Counted from the first letter of the whole stretch, positions 1 to 11,997 are shown. The stretch is 63,920 nucleotides of DNA, filler included, from Olpidium bornovanus S191 (GCA_017911155.1; 32 parts of 32 records of this genome joined end to end with filler, not necessarily neighbours in it), one strand, 5' to 3'. Numbers and translations: made by a program. Notes: generated by a model from the sequence alone, not told the origin.

Positions 1-637
1 ATGGATCAGAGCAACTCCGAGTGAGCTGTGAACGCGTCCCGGCCAAAGCCAGGCAGCCGCGGAATGGCAAAGAATGCGCTCGCCGGCGAACTGGGGAACC
101 ACGACTGTCTCCCGCCGCATGCGGTCCAGGTGGGGGCTATCGGCCCGGTCGATCTTGCACGACCTTGGCAAAAAGCCTGGCAGCGGCGGAGAACACCGGG
201 AAGAGAGGGAGCCGCCGTCACGGCGCAACAGAGGCCCATTTTACCCAAACGAACTCGCACTTTGCGCACCAACAAAAATCCCTTTTTTAATTCCCCGTTG
301 AGTCCCCCCCGCATTTAGCTAGTTCACCCCCATACAAAGGAGTCTTGGAGTAGAGATGGCCACGGAAGTCCCAGACGGAAAAAAAGATAATTCCGTTCAC
401 GGGACTGTGTCCGGCGTACTCACTTCCAGGCTCCGAATTTTCACAGGTTGTTTTCCCCGTGCCCCCCTCTCCTCCCCCCGCCAAAAAACCTCGCGCTTTT
501 TTCCACCTCCAGTTGAATGCACCCCGCACCCGCCTGGGAATTATTTTTTTTTTGCCTCGGAAGAACGCGTTTTTTTTTTGGTTTTTTTTTTGCGGAGAGG
601 AAAAAAAGTCGCCTGTGGTGATAAACTCATATTTGTA

Positions 638-680
<43 letters not shown>

Positions 681-964
681 AAAAAAGAAAAAAAAAGGAT
701 TGAAAAGAAAAGAAGGGCGGTTGTCGAAAGAAAAACGTCAGTGGGGGCCGATCGGGTTGGGGGAGTGGGGGGAGTGGAAGGAGGGAAAAAAACCCTCCGT
801 TTACCTCGGCCGGGTAGAACCTTTGACGAAATGCCTTTTCTTCGTGAGAAACAGCGCGGCTGAGGCGGGGACGCGGCTCGGCGGCAAGCGGACGCCGCTG
901 ATCGCGCGAAGGGCGCACGCCCAGAGCCTTGCGCGAGTTCCGAAACGCGCACCCTCCGACGTGA

Positions 965-1082
965 AGTTGCTGCAATTCGAATCTCGGAGATGGTGCGGGT
1001 TGGCGATTTGACCGAGCCGCTGGAGTTGCTGCAATTCGAATCTCGGAGATGGTGCGGGTTGGCGATTTGACCGAGCCGCTGG
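965..1082. repeat. Tandem duplication, 2 x 59 bp
   Basis: AGTTGCTGCAATTCGAATCTCGGAGATGGTGCGGGTTGGCGATTTGACCGAGCCGCTGG occurs at 965 and again at 1024. Confidence 0.95.
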
Positions 1083-1319
1083 CGGTAACCCCCTCCCAAA
1101 TTGACATGATCACATATATGTTGAATTAGAACCCAACTGAGTATTCATTATTCCGAGGCATACGCGATTCGCAAAACGGGCAACCAATATTTGCTTTATT
1201 CGCTCAGAATATTTTCTGGTCAAGAGTCTAGTTTGTACGAGAATTGCACGGGAGAAGGAAGGAAACGCCGAGTGAAGAAAAAAAAAAAAAGAAAAAAAAA
1301 AGCAAAAACCGGCCGTCGC

Positions 1320-1392
1320 TCAGAAAACGCAGAAGGGGCTTCGTCGGTCCCTGCGATTTCAGAAAACGCAGAAGGGGCTTCGTCGGTCCCTG
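1320..1392. repeat. Direct repeat, 2 x 34 bp (period 39)
   Basis: TCAGAAAACGCAGAAGGGGCTTCGTCGGTCCCTG at 1320 and 1359. Confidence 0.95.
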
Positions 1393-1875
1393 GGAATGAC
1401 AAAATAGATTTCAAGGTGCCGGGCCCTCGTCTAGCGCTCTAACAACCTTGGTGCAGACGGCGAAGACTTCGATCGCAAAGCTCGCCGCCTGCGCCAGGAA
1501 CGAAACAAACGGGGCCCAGCGGACCTCGCACCACAACAAACATGCTGCCGTCGTGGCAAACACGGCCTCGACGGCAGTCAGCGCAGCCGCCGCCCGGTCC
1601 TCCATCGCCAGCCGTCCATGTGCCGCCACCTTGCGCCACATGGCGAGAACAGCGACGGCCCGGGCGGCACCTGGAGGCCGGCGAGGAGGTACTGGAGCTG
1701 AGAAGCTGCCACGATGGCAAACGCGAGGAGGAAGGGCACCAGCGGCACGCATTTTATGGGTTTTCATTGGCTTTTGTTTTTCGCAACCGTCAGTGGCCGC
1801 GGGGGCGGCGTTTGCGGGGGCGGACGGCGGGGGCCCACGGAGAGCGGGTCCGCCGAAGACATGGGGCAGAGGAGG

Positions 1876-1928
<53 letters not shown>

Positions 1929-2087
1929 GACCGGGCGGGGGTGAAANNNNNNNNNNNNNNNNNNNNNNNNNNNNNNNNNNNNNNNNNNNNTTAATTAATT
2001 AANNNNNNNNNNNNNNNNNNNNNNNNNNNNNNNNNNNNNNNNNNNNGGCCGAGCCGCGTTGACAGCAGTGCCTGAGGTGCCTGGCTC

Positions 2088-2212
2088 GAGGGGGGGTGTT
2101 GGAATGACTTCGCAGGGCGAGCTAGACACCTGGCGAATAGGGCAGATAGCTCAGTTGGTAGAGCGTCCCTCCGGGATAGGGAAGGTCCCAAGTTCGACCC
2201 TCGGTCAGCCCA
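2088..2212 (+). mobile_element. Putative polypurine tract plus start of an LTR that contains a tRNA-like module
   Basis: GAGGGGGGG (2088-2096) is followed directly by TGTTGGAAT (2097), the usual PPT|TG LTR junction. No second LTR copy is present in the window to confirm it. Confidence 0.5.
2140..2212 (+). tRNA. tRNA-like sequence (pseudo-tRNA or tRNA-derived element), nominal anticodon GGG
   Basis: 73-nt cloverleaf with A box TAGCTCAGTTGG, B box GTTCGACC, perfect D and anticodon stems (TCCCT/AGGGA) and a TTTTT terminator right after A73. Defects: A5-A68 and A51-C63 mismatches, C33 instead of the invariant U33, and a body unlike tRNA-Pro. Confidence 0.8.
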
Positions 2213-2224
2213 TTTTTGATGCGC

Positions 2225-2936
2225 AACAGGAACATGATGGTATCAAAACGGTTGGCGAGCTGAATCCCCTCAACGAGAGATGACAGGTCTTTCCACTCGA
2301 CTTCATGACGTGTGCGCGCGCCGAGACCTTGTAAAAAGCGGAATCTGGCCTCATCATTCGAAATTGGCAGTGTGATCTGTAGCAGGATGTCACCGAACTT
2401 GGCCGCATAGTCAGAGACTGAACCAGTCTGCTTGCAGGCGGCTAACTGTTCGCAGAGTGTTGACACGTAATTTGCCGGTAAAAACTTGGCAGAAAGATGG
2501 GGTGAAGTCCTGGAAGATGGAAAAAGGTGGCGGTGGTCTCCTGATGGCGGAACCAAGTGGCAGCGGAGTCGGAGAGAAGGAGTCCGGCGGCCAGGACCTG
2601 TTGGCGTGCATTATCCAGGTAACGGAGTTTGACAAAGGTCCGGGCTGCAAACATCCATGCCTGTATCTTGCTCCCCGAACGCGTCCCGTTGTACTTTTCC
2701 GGCGTCGGGACCTTTACAGTCGCGGAAGTGTTAGACGCCAGACGCTGTGAGTTGACAGAGGCGGCTAGCTCCACCAGGCGATTGACGGCATCCGCGGTCA
2801 CTTGCGCATTCTGGGCGAGGGCGACCAAGGAGCGGTTTTGTTGCTGAGGTGTCTTGTTTTGCTGTTCGAGCTCTGCGCTGCGAGTCTCGAGGGCGGCCAT
2901 GTGGTTAAGGAGCTGTTGGAAGGCTTGCTCGGCCAT
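2225..2936 (-). pseudogene. Ty3/gypsy-type Gag (capsid), frameshifted and 3'-truncated
   Basis: ORF 2442-2936 has an N-terminal coiled coil and VKVPTPEKYNG...W...A...LSDSAATWF. ORF 2122-2556 has KQTGSVSDYAAKF...EARFRFLQGL...ANRFD (Retrotrans_gag pattern). The two are joined by frameshifts near 2500-2550. Confidence 0.85.
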
Positions 2937-2961
2937 GAGGTTGGCGTTAGGAGAAGAGACT

Positions 2962-3134
2962 TGGCGGCGGCGGCGGGCGGCGGGCGGCGGACGGTAAACG
3001 CGGCGGCGGCGGGCGGCGGGCGGCGAACGGCGGCGGGGGGCGGCGGACGGCGAACGGCGGCGGGGGGCGGCGGACGGCGAACGGCGGCGGCGGGCGGCGG
3101 GCGGCGAACGGCGGCGGGGGGCGGCGGACGGCGA
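2962..3134. repeat. GC-rich ~27-bp degenerate tandem repeat in the gag 5' leader
   Basis: CGGCGGGGGGCGGCGGACGGCGAACGG-like units repeat up to the contig end. Confidence 0.8.
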
Positions 3135-3924
3135 NNNNNNNNNNNNNNNNNNNNNNNNNNNNNNNNNNNNNNNNNNNNTTAATTAATTAANNNNNNNNNN
3201 NNNNNNNNNNNNNNNNNNNNNNNNNNNNNNNNNNCATGGTCGGCGCAGTCCAGGCCCGGGAAATCACCACCGGCGGGACCCAAAGCGCGACCGTCGTGAG
3301 CAGGGAGCTCACCCCGGAGAACGCCGCCGCCGCCGCCGCGGGGTACGGCGCCGCGGAAATCGCTCGCGGATTTTTGTGGTGAACCCCGGAAAGGGGGAAA
3401 GAGGGGGGGGGGGAAGGAGTGTGTGCGGAAGAAGAAGACGGGGGACGAAATCCGCCAGCGCGAACTGGGGAGAAGAATAACCGATCACTGACACCGCTAA
3501 TTTTTTTTTTTTCGGAATGCGCGGGTAAAAAAGCGTCGACGCTCTGCCGCAACAGGAGAACGGTCTGCCGGCGATCGTCCTGGACAACCAGAAAGTGGGT
3601 GGTTGTGCGCGGCGCCTCGCGCGAGCCGAACAGCGGGTTTTCGCGCCTCTCGGGAAAAGACAGGCGGACGCGGTGGCGCCGAAAACTCCTCCCTTCCCCT
3701 TTGCCCGCTCCCTCTCTCTCTCTCTCTCCCCCCCCACCCCCACCTCACCCTCTTTTCCGCGCCGCGCCCGCCCCGCGCGTTTTGCGGACGTAACCGAGAA
3801 TCGTTTCCGCCCGACCGCTTCCTCTCATCCCCCTCCCCCTTCCCCTTCCGTCCTCCTCCTTCTTCCTTTCTCTTTCTCTTCGCGTTTCTTCTCTCCGGGG
3901 TTCGGGGCTCCTCCAAAGCCGCAG

Positions 3925-4686
3925 GAGTGGACGTTCGAGAACCAGCGGAAGGTGCTCAGGTTCCTCCTCAGCAACCTGGAGCACGCGGGCCCGCAGAGCC
4001 GGCCGGCCACGTGCGCGGCCGCGGGCGATCGCGACGCCGGCGGGACGGGCGGCGGGAGCCCCGCGTCGTCCGCCGGCGGGCAGCTCGGCGGCCGGATCAA
4101 GCTCCGCCCGCTGACGGTGCCGATGCGGTTCACCGAGGGCGCGCTGGCCGCGTTGCCGCCGGAGCTGCCGCCGCCGCCGTTGCCGCCGCCGTCGTCCGGG
4201 CGCGGTTCGGCGGCGCTCTCGCCGTTTCCGACCAAGGGGGACGCCGCCTCGGACAACCTGCGCGCGATCCGGCGCCTCTGCCTCTCGGGCAAGGCGCGCA
4301 GAGCGGGGTCGAGGAGGAGGTCGGGGACGGCGGCGGCCGCGGCCGCGATCATCCCGCACGCGCGGGCCGAGGGGGAGCTACGGCCGGTGACGGCGGGGCG
4401 GGAGGACCGCGCGGCCGGAGCGGCGAGGACGATCGCCGTCAGGAGCGTGGGCGTGCAGACGCGCAGCGCGCTGGAGGAGGTGAAGAGCGTTTTCTGTTGC
4501 TGCGGGGAGTGGGGGGAGGAAGGGAAGAGGCGCGTTTTTGCTGAAGAGAGATTTCCGCCGCCCCCCCACCCCCTCCCCCTTGTCTCCGCCGGCCCCCGGC
4601 AGAACACGCAGATCCTCCTGTCGCGTGTCAGGTCGGAGGTGCGAGCGTGGGGCAACCCGCCGCCCGCGCCGCCGCCGGTCGCAAAG
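3925..4686 (+). CDS. Hypothetical multi-exon protein, partial
   Basis: Exons 3925-4479 (EWTFENQRKVLRFLLSNLEH...) and 4603-4686, with CAG acceptors, GT donors and phase-0 junctions. No family recognised. Confidence 0.5.
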
Positions 4687-4927
4687 GTGCGGTAGGTGGG
4701 TCGTGCGCGGGGGTGGGATGAGGGGAAGGTCGGCGGACGTTGAAAGCGTCGCGCGTCGCCCGCGGGCGCGCGGGGCCGGAACTCGCGCGCTCGTCCCCGT
4801 CCTTCCTCCCGCCGCCGCCGCCCTCCGCGCGTGCCTCACACCCGCAGGCGCACGCGACGCTCGCCGGTACTCGTACTCCTTTAACCAATCATTTCAATTA
4901 TAATTGACACTGGGCGAAAAGAGACGG

Positions 4928-4974
<47 letters not shown>

Positions 4975-6016
4975 GAACGACAGCTTCAAAGGAAGTCGAG
5001 GGGGAAAGAGAGAGGGAGGCCCCCCCGGGCCCGCCCCCGAGCGACGAGAGGGAACCCGAGGCGCGACCGCACCGAGCGCATAACCGCCGGCCCCGGACAT
5101 TTTTTCCTTGCAAAATCGCCAGTTCCCCCCGTCACACAAACAAAAGGCCCGGGGGACAGAGAGAGATCGCGTTTCGTTCTTGCCGAAACACAGTTTTTCT
5201 CGCTCTGGCCCCCGCGCCGCGTGTTGTTTTTTTTTTCGGCCTCCCCTTCATTTTTTTTTTTTTTGCTGTTGTTCAACCGGCCCTTTCGCTCTCTCCCGCT
5301 TCTCCGCAGTCCCCTCCTCCCCCGCCGGTCGCCTCCGCCGGTCTCAGCACACGCGTGACGCAGCCAAACGCCTCCCCCCTCGCCGTTTCGGAAGACGCGT
5401 TTTGTTTCTTTCTTCCTGCGGATTATTTTTTTTTCTAAAAAAAAACCTGAACCTCTGCGCAAACCCCTCGACTCTTTTGTATTTCGGAACCGAGAATAGA
5501 GCTTTGCAGGGCGTCGTCACGGAGACGAGGAGAGAGATTGTACGAGAAGCTTTCGTCTGTCTGTATTCGAGCCATCTGCCCAAGGCCTCTTTAATATGGC
5601 TGCTGGATTGGGATTCTACGGCCAGGGGGAAAGGGGGCGCGGGAACGCACAGTGTCCGTAGCGTCGCCGTCCGCCAGAAGGCCCTGCTTATTTTCCACGC
5701 ACACTCCCTCCGCCCCCAGGCGAAAACGCATCGCGCGCACACCCTCCCCCGCCAACGCGTTCCCTCTGCGCACTCACGCGCCCGCCGTGACGCGTTTCTT
5801 CCCCGCAGCGCGGTCCATTTTCCCGGATGTCTGCTACGCTGGCCCGGCAAGTCTTAGCCGCCGTCGCTGCCGGCCCTCCTCCCCCCCCCCCCCCCCNNNN
5901 NNNNNNNNNNNNNNNNNNNNNNNNNNNNNNNNNNNNNNNNTTAATTAATTAANNNNNNNNNNNNNNNNNNNNNNNNNNNNNNNNNNNNNNNNNNNNAGGC
6001 GGCGGGGGCGGGGGGG

Positions 6017-6060
<44 letters not shown>

Positions 6061-6808
6061 GACACCAGGCAGGCTTTCTTTTTGCGCGGTCCTCGCGGGC
6101 GAGGGTTCTTTGGGCGCGCGCCGGAAGCGGGCCCTGCTTTGTGGTACGCTCGGGGCGCACGGGCGCCCGCGCGAGTCTTTGAACCGCAGAGAGGCCGCCT
6201 CCCTGCCCCCTTCCTTGTTCTGGAATGATCACACGCATGGACCGAACGCTTTTTTCTCTCCGGGCGCTTTTTCGCCGACGGAATCCCTCCCACCTCCCGG
6301 CGCCCGGCGTGACGTCCTCGTAACGCCCCGCCCCGCTCCCGAAAATGGCAGGGCGCGGGGAGATCGATCAGGGCACCCGCCGTTTGCCGTTCGCCGTTCT
6401 CTGCCGGTGAGGGAGTTCGTCCGCCGTGCCGGGCGTTTTTCTTTTTCCTTTTTTTTTTTTTCGGGGGGGTTGGGGAAAAGGCGGTCTGCGCAGAGTTCAG
6501 GACATTCTCGGTTCCGTCCGCGGAAGTCGGGCATGGGAAGGAGGGTGGTGGCCTCCCGCGAGGTCTCCGCGACGGACTGTGTTTCGTTTGCAGCAACGGC
6601 GGCGAAGCGCGCGGAGGCTCTCTCCTTCGCCCGCGGCGCGGACTCGGGGCGAGTTGCCGCCGGCCGAATCGTCGTTCGTCATGCCGATCTGGCCGCGGTT
6701 CTCCTCGCCGGGGGCGGCCGCGGCTTCGGCCGGGAGCGGAAGAGCGAATCTCGCCTCCGCCCGCCCGGCGCCTGCCCGAAAAGCGTACACCCGCCCCCAC
6801 CCCCGCAC

Positions 6809-7041
6809 ATGCCCACCAGCGTCGCCGGGGAGCCCGCCGCCGCCGCCGCCGCCGCGTTGCCGCCGGCCGAGTTCGCGGCGTCTCCGTCCTCGCCGTCCTC
6901 GGCCTCGCCTGCGCCGCGGCGTTTCGGCGCCGCGCCGCCCTGCGATCTCAAAGGCGCCGGCGCGCCGAAACCCCTAAAAGTTTTTGGCCGGGGGGTGGCG
7001 GCGGGGGCGGGACACGGGCAGCAGCAGCATGGCACGTACGT

Positions 7042-7080
<39 letters not shown>

Positions 7081-7472
7081 TCTTCGAACGTCGGCCGCGG
7101 ACGGCGCTTTGCCGCCGCCGCAGTCCGGGGGCGCAGGTGTGGAGAGGGAGCACCTGCTGCTCGGCCGCCACCGCTCGGCACGCGACGAGATCCCGCAGCC
7201 GTCGCCGCCGCCGCCGCCGTCTTCCTCAAAGAAGCCGGCGGGCGGGTCGTCATCCCGGGCGGATGCGGGCGAGGGGAACAGGAGCCGCCGCGCCGGCGGC
7301 GGTTCCGCGGCGGCGGCGGCGGGCGGGCGCGGGGGCCGGCTTTTGTCCTATAAGCACGGCTGGCCGATTTTGCTGGCCGTCGTGCCCCCGCTCGGCAGCG
7401 CTTTTTTCGGCAGCAGCGAGGCCTGGTCGGGCTTCCTGCTGATCTTCTTGATCGCGATCCAGCTGTATCACA
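6809..7472 (+). CDS. Fungal membrane protein with low-complexity N-terminus, 3'-partial
   Basis: ATG at 6809, then a Ser/Pro/Gly-rich region and two hydrophobic segments (GWPILLAVVPPLGSAFFGSSEAWSGFLLIFLIAIQLYH) cut by the linker. Resembles an uncharacterised fungal family, from memory only. Confidence 0.6.
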
Positions 7473-7572
7473 NNNNNNNNNNNNNNNNNNNNNNNNNNNN
7501 NNNNNNNNNNNNNNNNTTAATTAATTAANNNNNNNNNNNNNNNNNNNNNNNNNNNNNNNNNNNNNNNNNNNN

Positions 7573-7940
7573 CAAGGTCATACGGTACAAGGCACGGCTG
7601 GTGGCTCAGGGATTCTCCCAACGCCCAGGCATCGACTTTGACAATACATACAGTCCGGTCATGGATGCGATCACTTTTCACTCCTTGGTTTTGCTGGCTG
7701 TCCAACATGGCCTTGAGATGCGCCTGATGGATGTCGTTACTGCCTACCTCTATGGCCTCTTGGATGCGGACCTCTATATGAAGGTCCCGCCGCTCCTCGA
7801 CGCCGCGTGCTCAGGAGGAGGCATCCTCAATGCTGCGCGCTCAGGATCGCCGGCCAATCGCGGAGTAAAGCTTAATCGAGCCCTATATGACCTTAAGCAA
7901 TCCGGAAGGATGTGGTACCACCGTCTGTTGACGGACCTTT
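7573..7940 (+). mobile_element. Ty1/copia reverse transcriptase fragment (degenerate)
   Basis: RYKARLVAQGFSQRPGIDFDNTYSPV...MDVVTAYLYG...LYMKVP...KLNRALYDLKQSGRMW. This is the RVT_2 pattern with ALYG changed to ALYD; it is truncated before the YVDD motif. Confidence 0.95.
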
Positions 7941-8279
7941 TTTTGTGTTGGTCACATAACTCTGATTTCGGGTGACACCAGCCAAACAGGGCTTCTCAAG
8001 CTGCCCTCCATAGTCGTTCTACCATACACAATAAAAAAATAAAATAAAACAAAACCAGACCGTACACCACTGTCCTCTGAGCCGCTCAGCTCAGAGGTTA
8101 TGAGCCCAAAAACTCTCTGAGAGACCTCAATTACTCCTCCTTTCCTGTCAAGTACGGGGCCGGCCGGAAGGCGACGGGCTTGAGGAACTCGTTGTCCGGA
8201 GCGTACTCTGGTTTGTTTACGTGTTTTCTCTGCTCTTCTCTCCTCGACAACGAGCTCAACCTTCGATCTCGGATCGACC

Positions 8280-8643
8280 ATGACCGTTAGGAGGAGCCCT
8301 TCCCCCCGCGCGCTTGCGGCCAGGGAGGACGCGGCGCGCCTCGGCGGCCGCGGTACGAAGAACTCTCAGCTTGGCCTTGGACACGCCTCTGCCTCTCGTG
8401 AGAAAGGAAAAGCAGCAGCGGAGTCGGGCGCGTCGTCTGGTCCTGAGAAGCCCGGACCAAAAAACGCTGTGCAGCTGACCCCGCTTCCGTCCTCAGCTCC
8501 ACAAGCCGTGGAACGCCTCGAGCCTCAGGGAACCAGCGCTTCTGGCTCCCCGGCCATCGAAAAGAACACTTCCGAGTTTGTTTTGGCCGAAGAAGTTCGT
8601 CGTATGTTCGAACAGACGCGGCAAGAGCTCGCTCGCAAGGACA
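8280..8643 (+). CDS. Orphan ORF, possibly the N-terminus of a retroelement Gag, 3'-partial
   Basis: Intronless ORF, low-complexity then helical (EEVRRMFEQTRQELARKD), next to a copia relic and an LTR-like segment. No diagnostic motif. Confidence 0.3.
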
Positions 8644-10370
8644 NNNNNNNNNNNNNNNNNNNNNNNNNNNNNNNNNNNNNNNNNNNNTTAATTAATTAAN
8701 NNNNNNNNNNNNNNNNNNNNNNNNNNNNNNNNNNNNNNNNNNNAGAGCGTGCACGACGGCTCTGGTCCCGCCTCCGGTCTCGGGCATTCCGGTCTCGGTT
8801 CCGGTCTCGGCTTCGAACTCGCGCGTATCCCTGGCTCTGGTCCGAGCTCCAAAGAAGTACATGCCGAACATCGTCGCGAAAATTTTTCTTTACGGGGGAA
8901 CACCGGTAAAAGCGGGAGCAGGGCATCCAGCGAACGGGACGGGACGGGAGGGGAGGGGAGGGCGGTGCGGGACCTGGTGGGAAGAAAAGGGAGCGCGGGG
9001 GAGAGCGCACTTCCGCGCGTTGCACTGGTCCGAACTTTCCCGGGTTATGAAACGGAACGCGGCAAATTCCCCTAATCCGTTCCAAACGCGTTATCGAGCA
9101 TCACGCTCTGACCAACTGGAAACGAAAAAAGCCGGCGTTGCGAGAACGCACTTGGCCTGAACTCGGAGCCGGGTACAAAACGAGCGTTACCCCAAACGGC
9201 AGCTGCCGCGAAGAAGAACCGCCGAGAAAAAAAAAGGTGGAGCGGGACCACCGCCGAGACGACGCCGGCGCGTGACGGCAAGAATTCATACGAAGCAGGT
9301 GCGCCTTCTGCTGCTAAGCTGGACGGCAGAGACGCACACCGGATCCCGCTTCGCCGTCGTCGCCAGGGAGCCGCCGCCGGGCCGCCGCCCGTGGCCACCG
9401 GCTCCCCGCCAAACCCGGCGCCGCATCCGGCCGCCGCCCCGCCGGCGGACACAGGGTCACCAGCGTTTCCGAATGCTGCCAATACATCGAGATACAGCCC
9501 GCATCACTCCCTGCTAACTCTTGACATTTTCGCGTTCTTGAAGTTAGAAATCGCAGAATTCGCGGTGCTCATAAAAATAAAATTGTCTACAAAGACGAGA
9601 TCATTAATCTCCTTCGGCAGCTTACACGTAATCCACAATGTGGAGCACTGAGTTATCGAGATTATACATTGCCTTTAGCAGCTTAGCAACGCCAATGATA
9701 ATCCGCATAACTGAGTTTTTTGTAAACGAAGGTTTTGGTTGCGAAGATATTATTTCGGGTTGGCGACTTGTTGTATACTAGTCAATGTTGAACCAATAAT
9801 ACTTCATTTACTATTTATAAATTCCAAATCGATTAATATGTTCCAAAAGATGCTTCAGTTTGGGTTGCTGTTCTGTACGACCGCCAGCACTGCTTTTTTG
9901 GCGTCAAATTTCACGCATAAAACGCGGGCGCCGGCGAAACCGCGACGCGAGGCCCGACTTTCGTAGACTGGGATGGCGGNNNNNNNNNNNNNNNNNNNNN
10001 NNNNNNNNNNNNNNNNNNNNNNNTTAATTAATTAANNNNNNNNNNNNNNNNNNNNNNNNNNNNNNNNNNNNNNNNNNNNAAAAAGAGTTTGCGCGCGCCG
10101 CGCCTACTTGGCCTCGTTGTTACTGTTTTTTTAACTATGAAACCGCGGATGGATGAAAATGAAGGGTGAACGGACCGCAAAAAAAAAATGCGAAAGCGGG
10201 TGGGGGGAGGGGGGTGGAGGGGGAGCGGGGGGAAAGGGGGGGGGGGGGGGGATACATATGGGCTCGGACGCAAAAGAAGAAAGAAAAAAAAGAACCTGCG
10301 AAAATAACGGTCTGAGGTGAGGTGGGGTCGGGGAAATGGGCGGGGGAAAGGGGGCGGCAAAAGGGGGAGA

Positions 10371-11997
10371 TTAAACGATCATGTTCTCCGGGTGGTAAGC
10401 GATGACCGCTTGCATCTTCCGGGTGCGGATGTACTCGCTCGTGGAATTTATCGCGATGAACCACCTGCGAGGGGAAAGGGCCGTTACAAACGGGAGACTA
10501 AAAGATGGGGGAAAAAAGAAAAAAGCGTCCCGCGGGCGGCGGACGCCGGAATAAACTCCCCCCAGGATCATGACGACGTAGCTGAGAAGCTCGGCGCGGG
10601 ACGACACCTCTTCCTCGGTCTGGTCCGACAGGCTGCCTTGCCCTCTGGAGTAATAGCCGTACATGTCGTCCCGCGCCGCCCGCGAGCGGAGATAGAACCC
10701 GTACTGGATGAGGGTGATGCCCAGGCCGGCCCGGGAACCGTTTTTGCCCGCGTGCGACGTGTGGAGGAGGTATGTGAGGAGGAAGCCGACGAACTGAAAG
10801 GACATGGAAACTGCGCGGAACAACAAAAAAATATGATATTAATAAAAGAAATTCGGGTACATCGAATGGCCCCCACAAAACTGACCCAGCATGCTCCAGA
10901 CGAACACGAAGCCGCTCCCGACCGGGAGGCCCTCGACGAGGATCTCGTCGGCGGTCCCGGCGGTGATGACGGTCGTGTCAAAGTACGGCGGTGACGCGTC
11001 GGCGGCGGCCGCTTCGTACGGCTGGGGAGGAAGCAGGGAAAAAAAAAAAAAAAAAAAAAAAGGAGAGGAGTGAAAACACCGGGGTGAGCGAGAACCTGGA
11101 ACCGGAAATGCTGCCCTCCCGGCTTTTTTTCCCGCACGCGGGCCCGAGAGCAAAAAAAAAAAAAAAAAAACAGGGGGGGGGGGGGAAGGGGGGGGTTCCT
11201 CACCGGAAGGGTATCGTCTTCCTCCTTCGCCTCGCTTTCGGCGGTCGACACCGGCTTGGCGCTGAGGTTTGCGAACACCCCGTCCCTCGCCCTGGGCTGC
11301 GGCCGGCGGTCGGCGCTCCTCCCTGGCGGCGCGGGTGACGACGACGAGGACGCGGACGACGAGGACGGCGCCGGCGCGGCGTGGTCGCCGTCGTCGGCGG
11401 CTTCGGTGCGGAAACCCGCAGCGGGCGAGGTGCTCCGGTGAATCCGGGCGGGCGGCGGGTCGTCGTCGTCGTCGGCGGCGGCGACGCCGGGGCTCGGCGG
11501 CGGCAGCAGCGCCCCGCCGCTCGGCATCCGGCGGCCGTCTTCTCCGCTTTCCTCCTCCTCCTCCGACAGCGGGACCCGGGCGTACCGAGACGACGACGAG
11601 GCGGAGGGCGCCGCCGGCGCGGCGGGGCCCGCGGCACCGCGGCTACGCTCCCGGCGCGGCGGCGGCGGGTTCTCGGCGGTGCGCAGACGGCGGGTCTCCG
11701 CGGCGCCGTCGTCCTCGTCGTCGCCGTGGTCGTCGTCGGCGGCGCGGCGGGGCCGGGCGTCGTCGTCGTCGTCGCCGTCGTCGCAGTTGGGGTACGGGCC
11801 GTCGACCTGCGCGGGAAGGGGGGTGAGGAAGAAGTAAGGGAAAGGGGAGTCAACAAGAGACGCCACTGCGGCGGGGGACGGGAGGGCCGAGACGACGGGC
11901 GGGAGGGGGGCTGTCTCTCTCTCATTCTCTCTCTCTCTCTCATTCTCTCTCTCTCTCATTCTCTCTCTCTCTCACGTACCGGACGGTAAGCCGGCAT
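10371..11997 (-). CDS. BSD2: Bsd2 / NDFIP-like Rsp5 (NEDD4) adaptor, 5 exons
   Basis: MPAYRP|VDGP... DGVFANLSAKP... LP|PYEAAAADASPPYFDTT (PY motifs)... GLPVG... SMSFQFVGFLLTYLLHTSHAGKNGSRAGLGITLIQYGF... Canonical GT-AG introns; TAA stop at 10371-10373. Confidence 0.95.

Noticed and set aside
1991-2002. TTAATTAATTAA palindrome recurring 31 times as a possible regulatory or recombination site
   Set aside because: It is always centred in N44 pads, so it is an artificial PacI-containing linker.
2140-2212. Functional tRNA-Pro(GGG)
   Set aside because: C33, two stem mismatches and a non-Pro body argue against a role in translation.
9500-9900. AT-richer segment with short protein-like stretches on the minus strand, as a possible transposase relic
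   Set aside because: Multiple stops in all frames and no recognisable motif.
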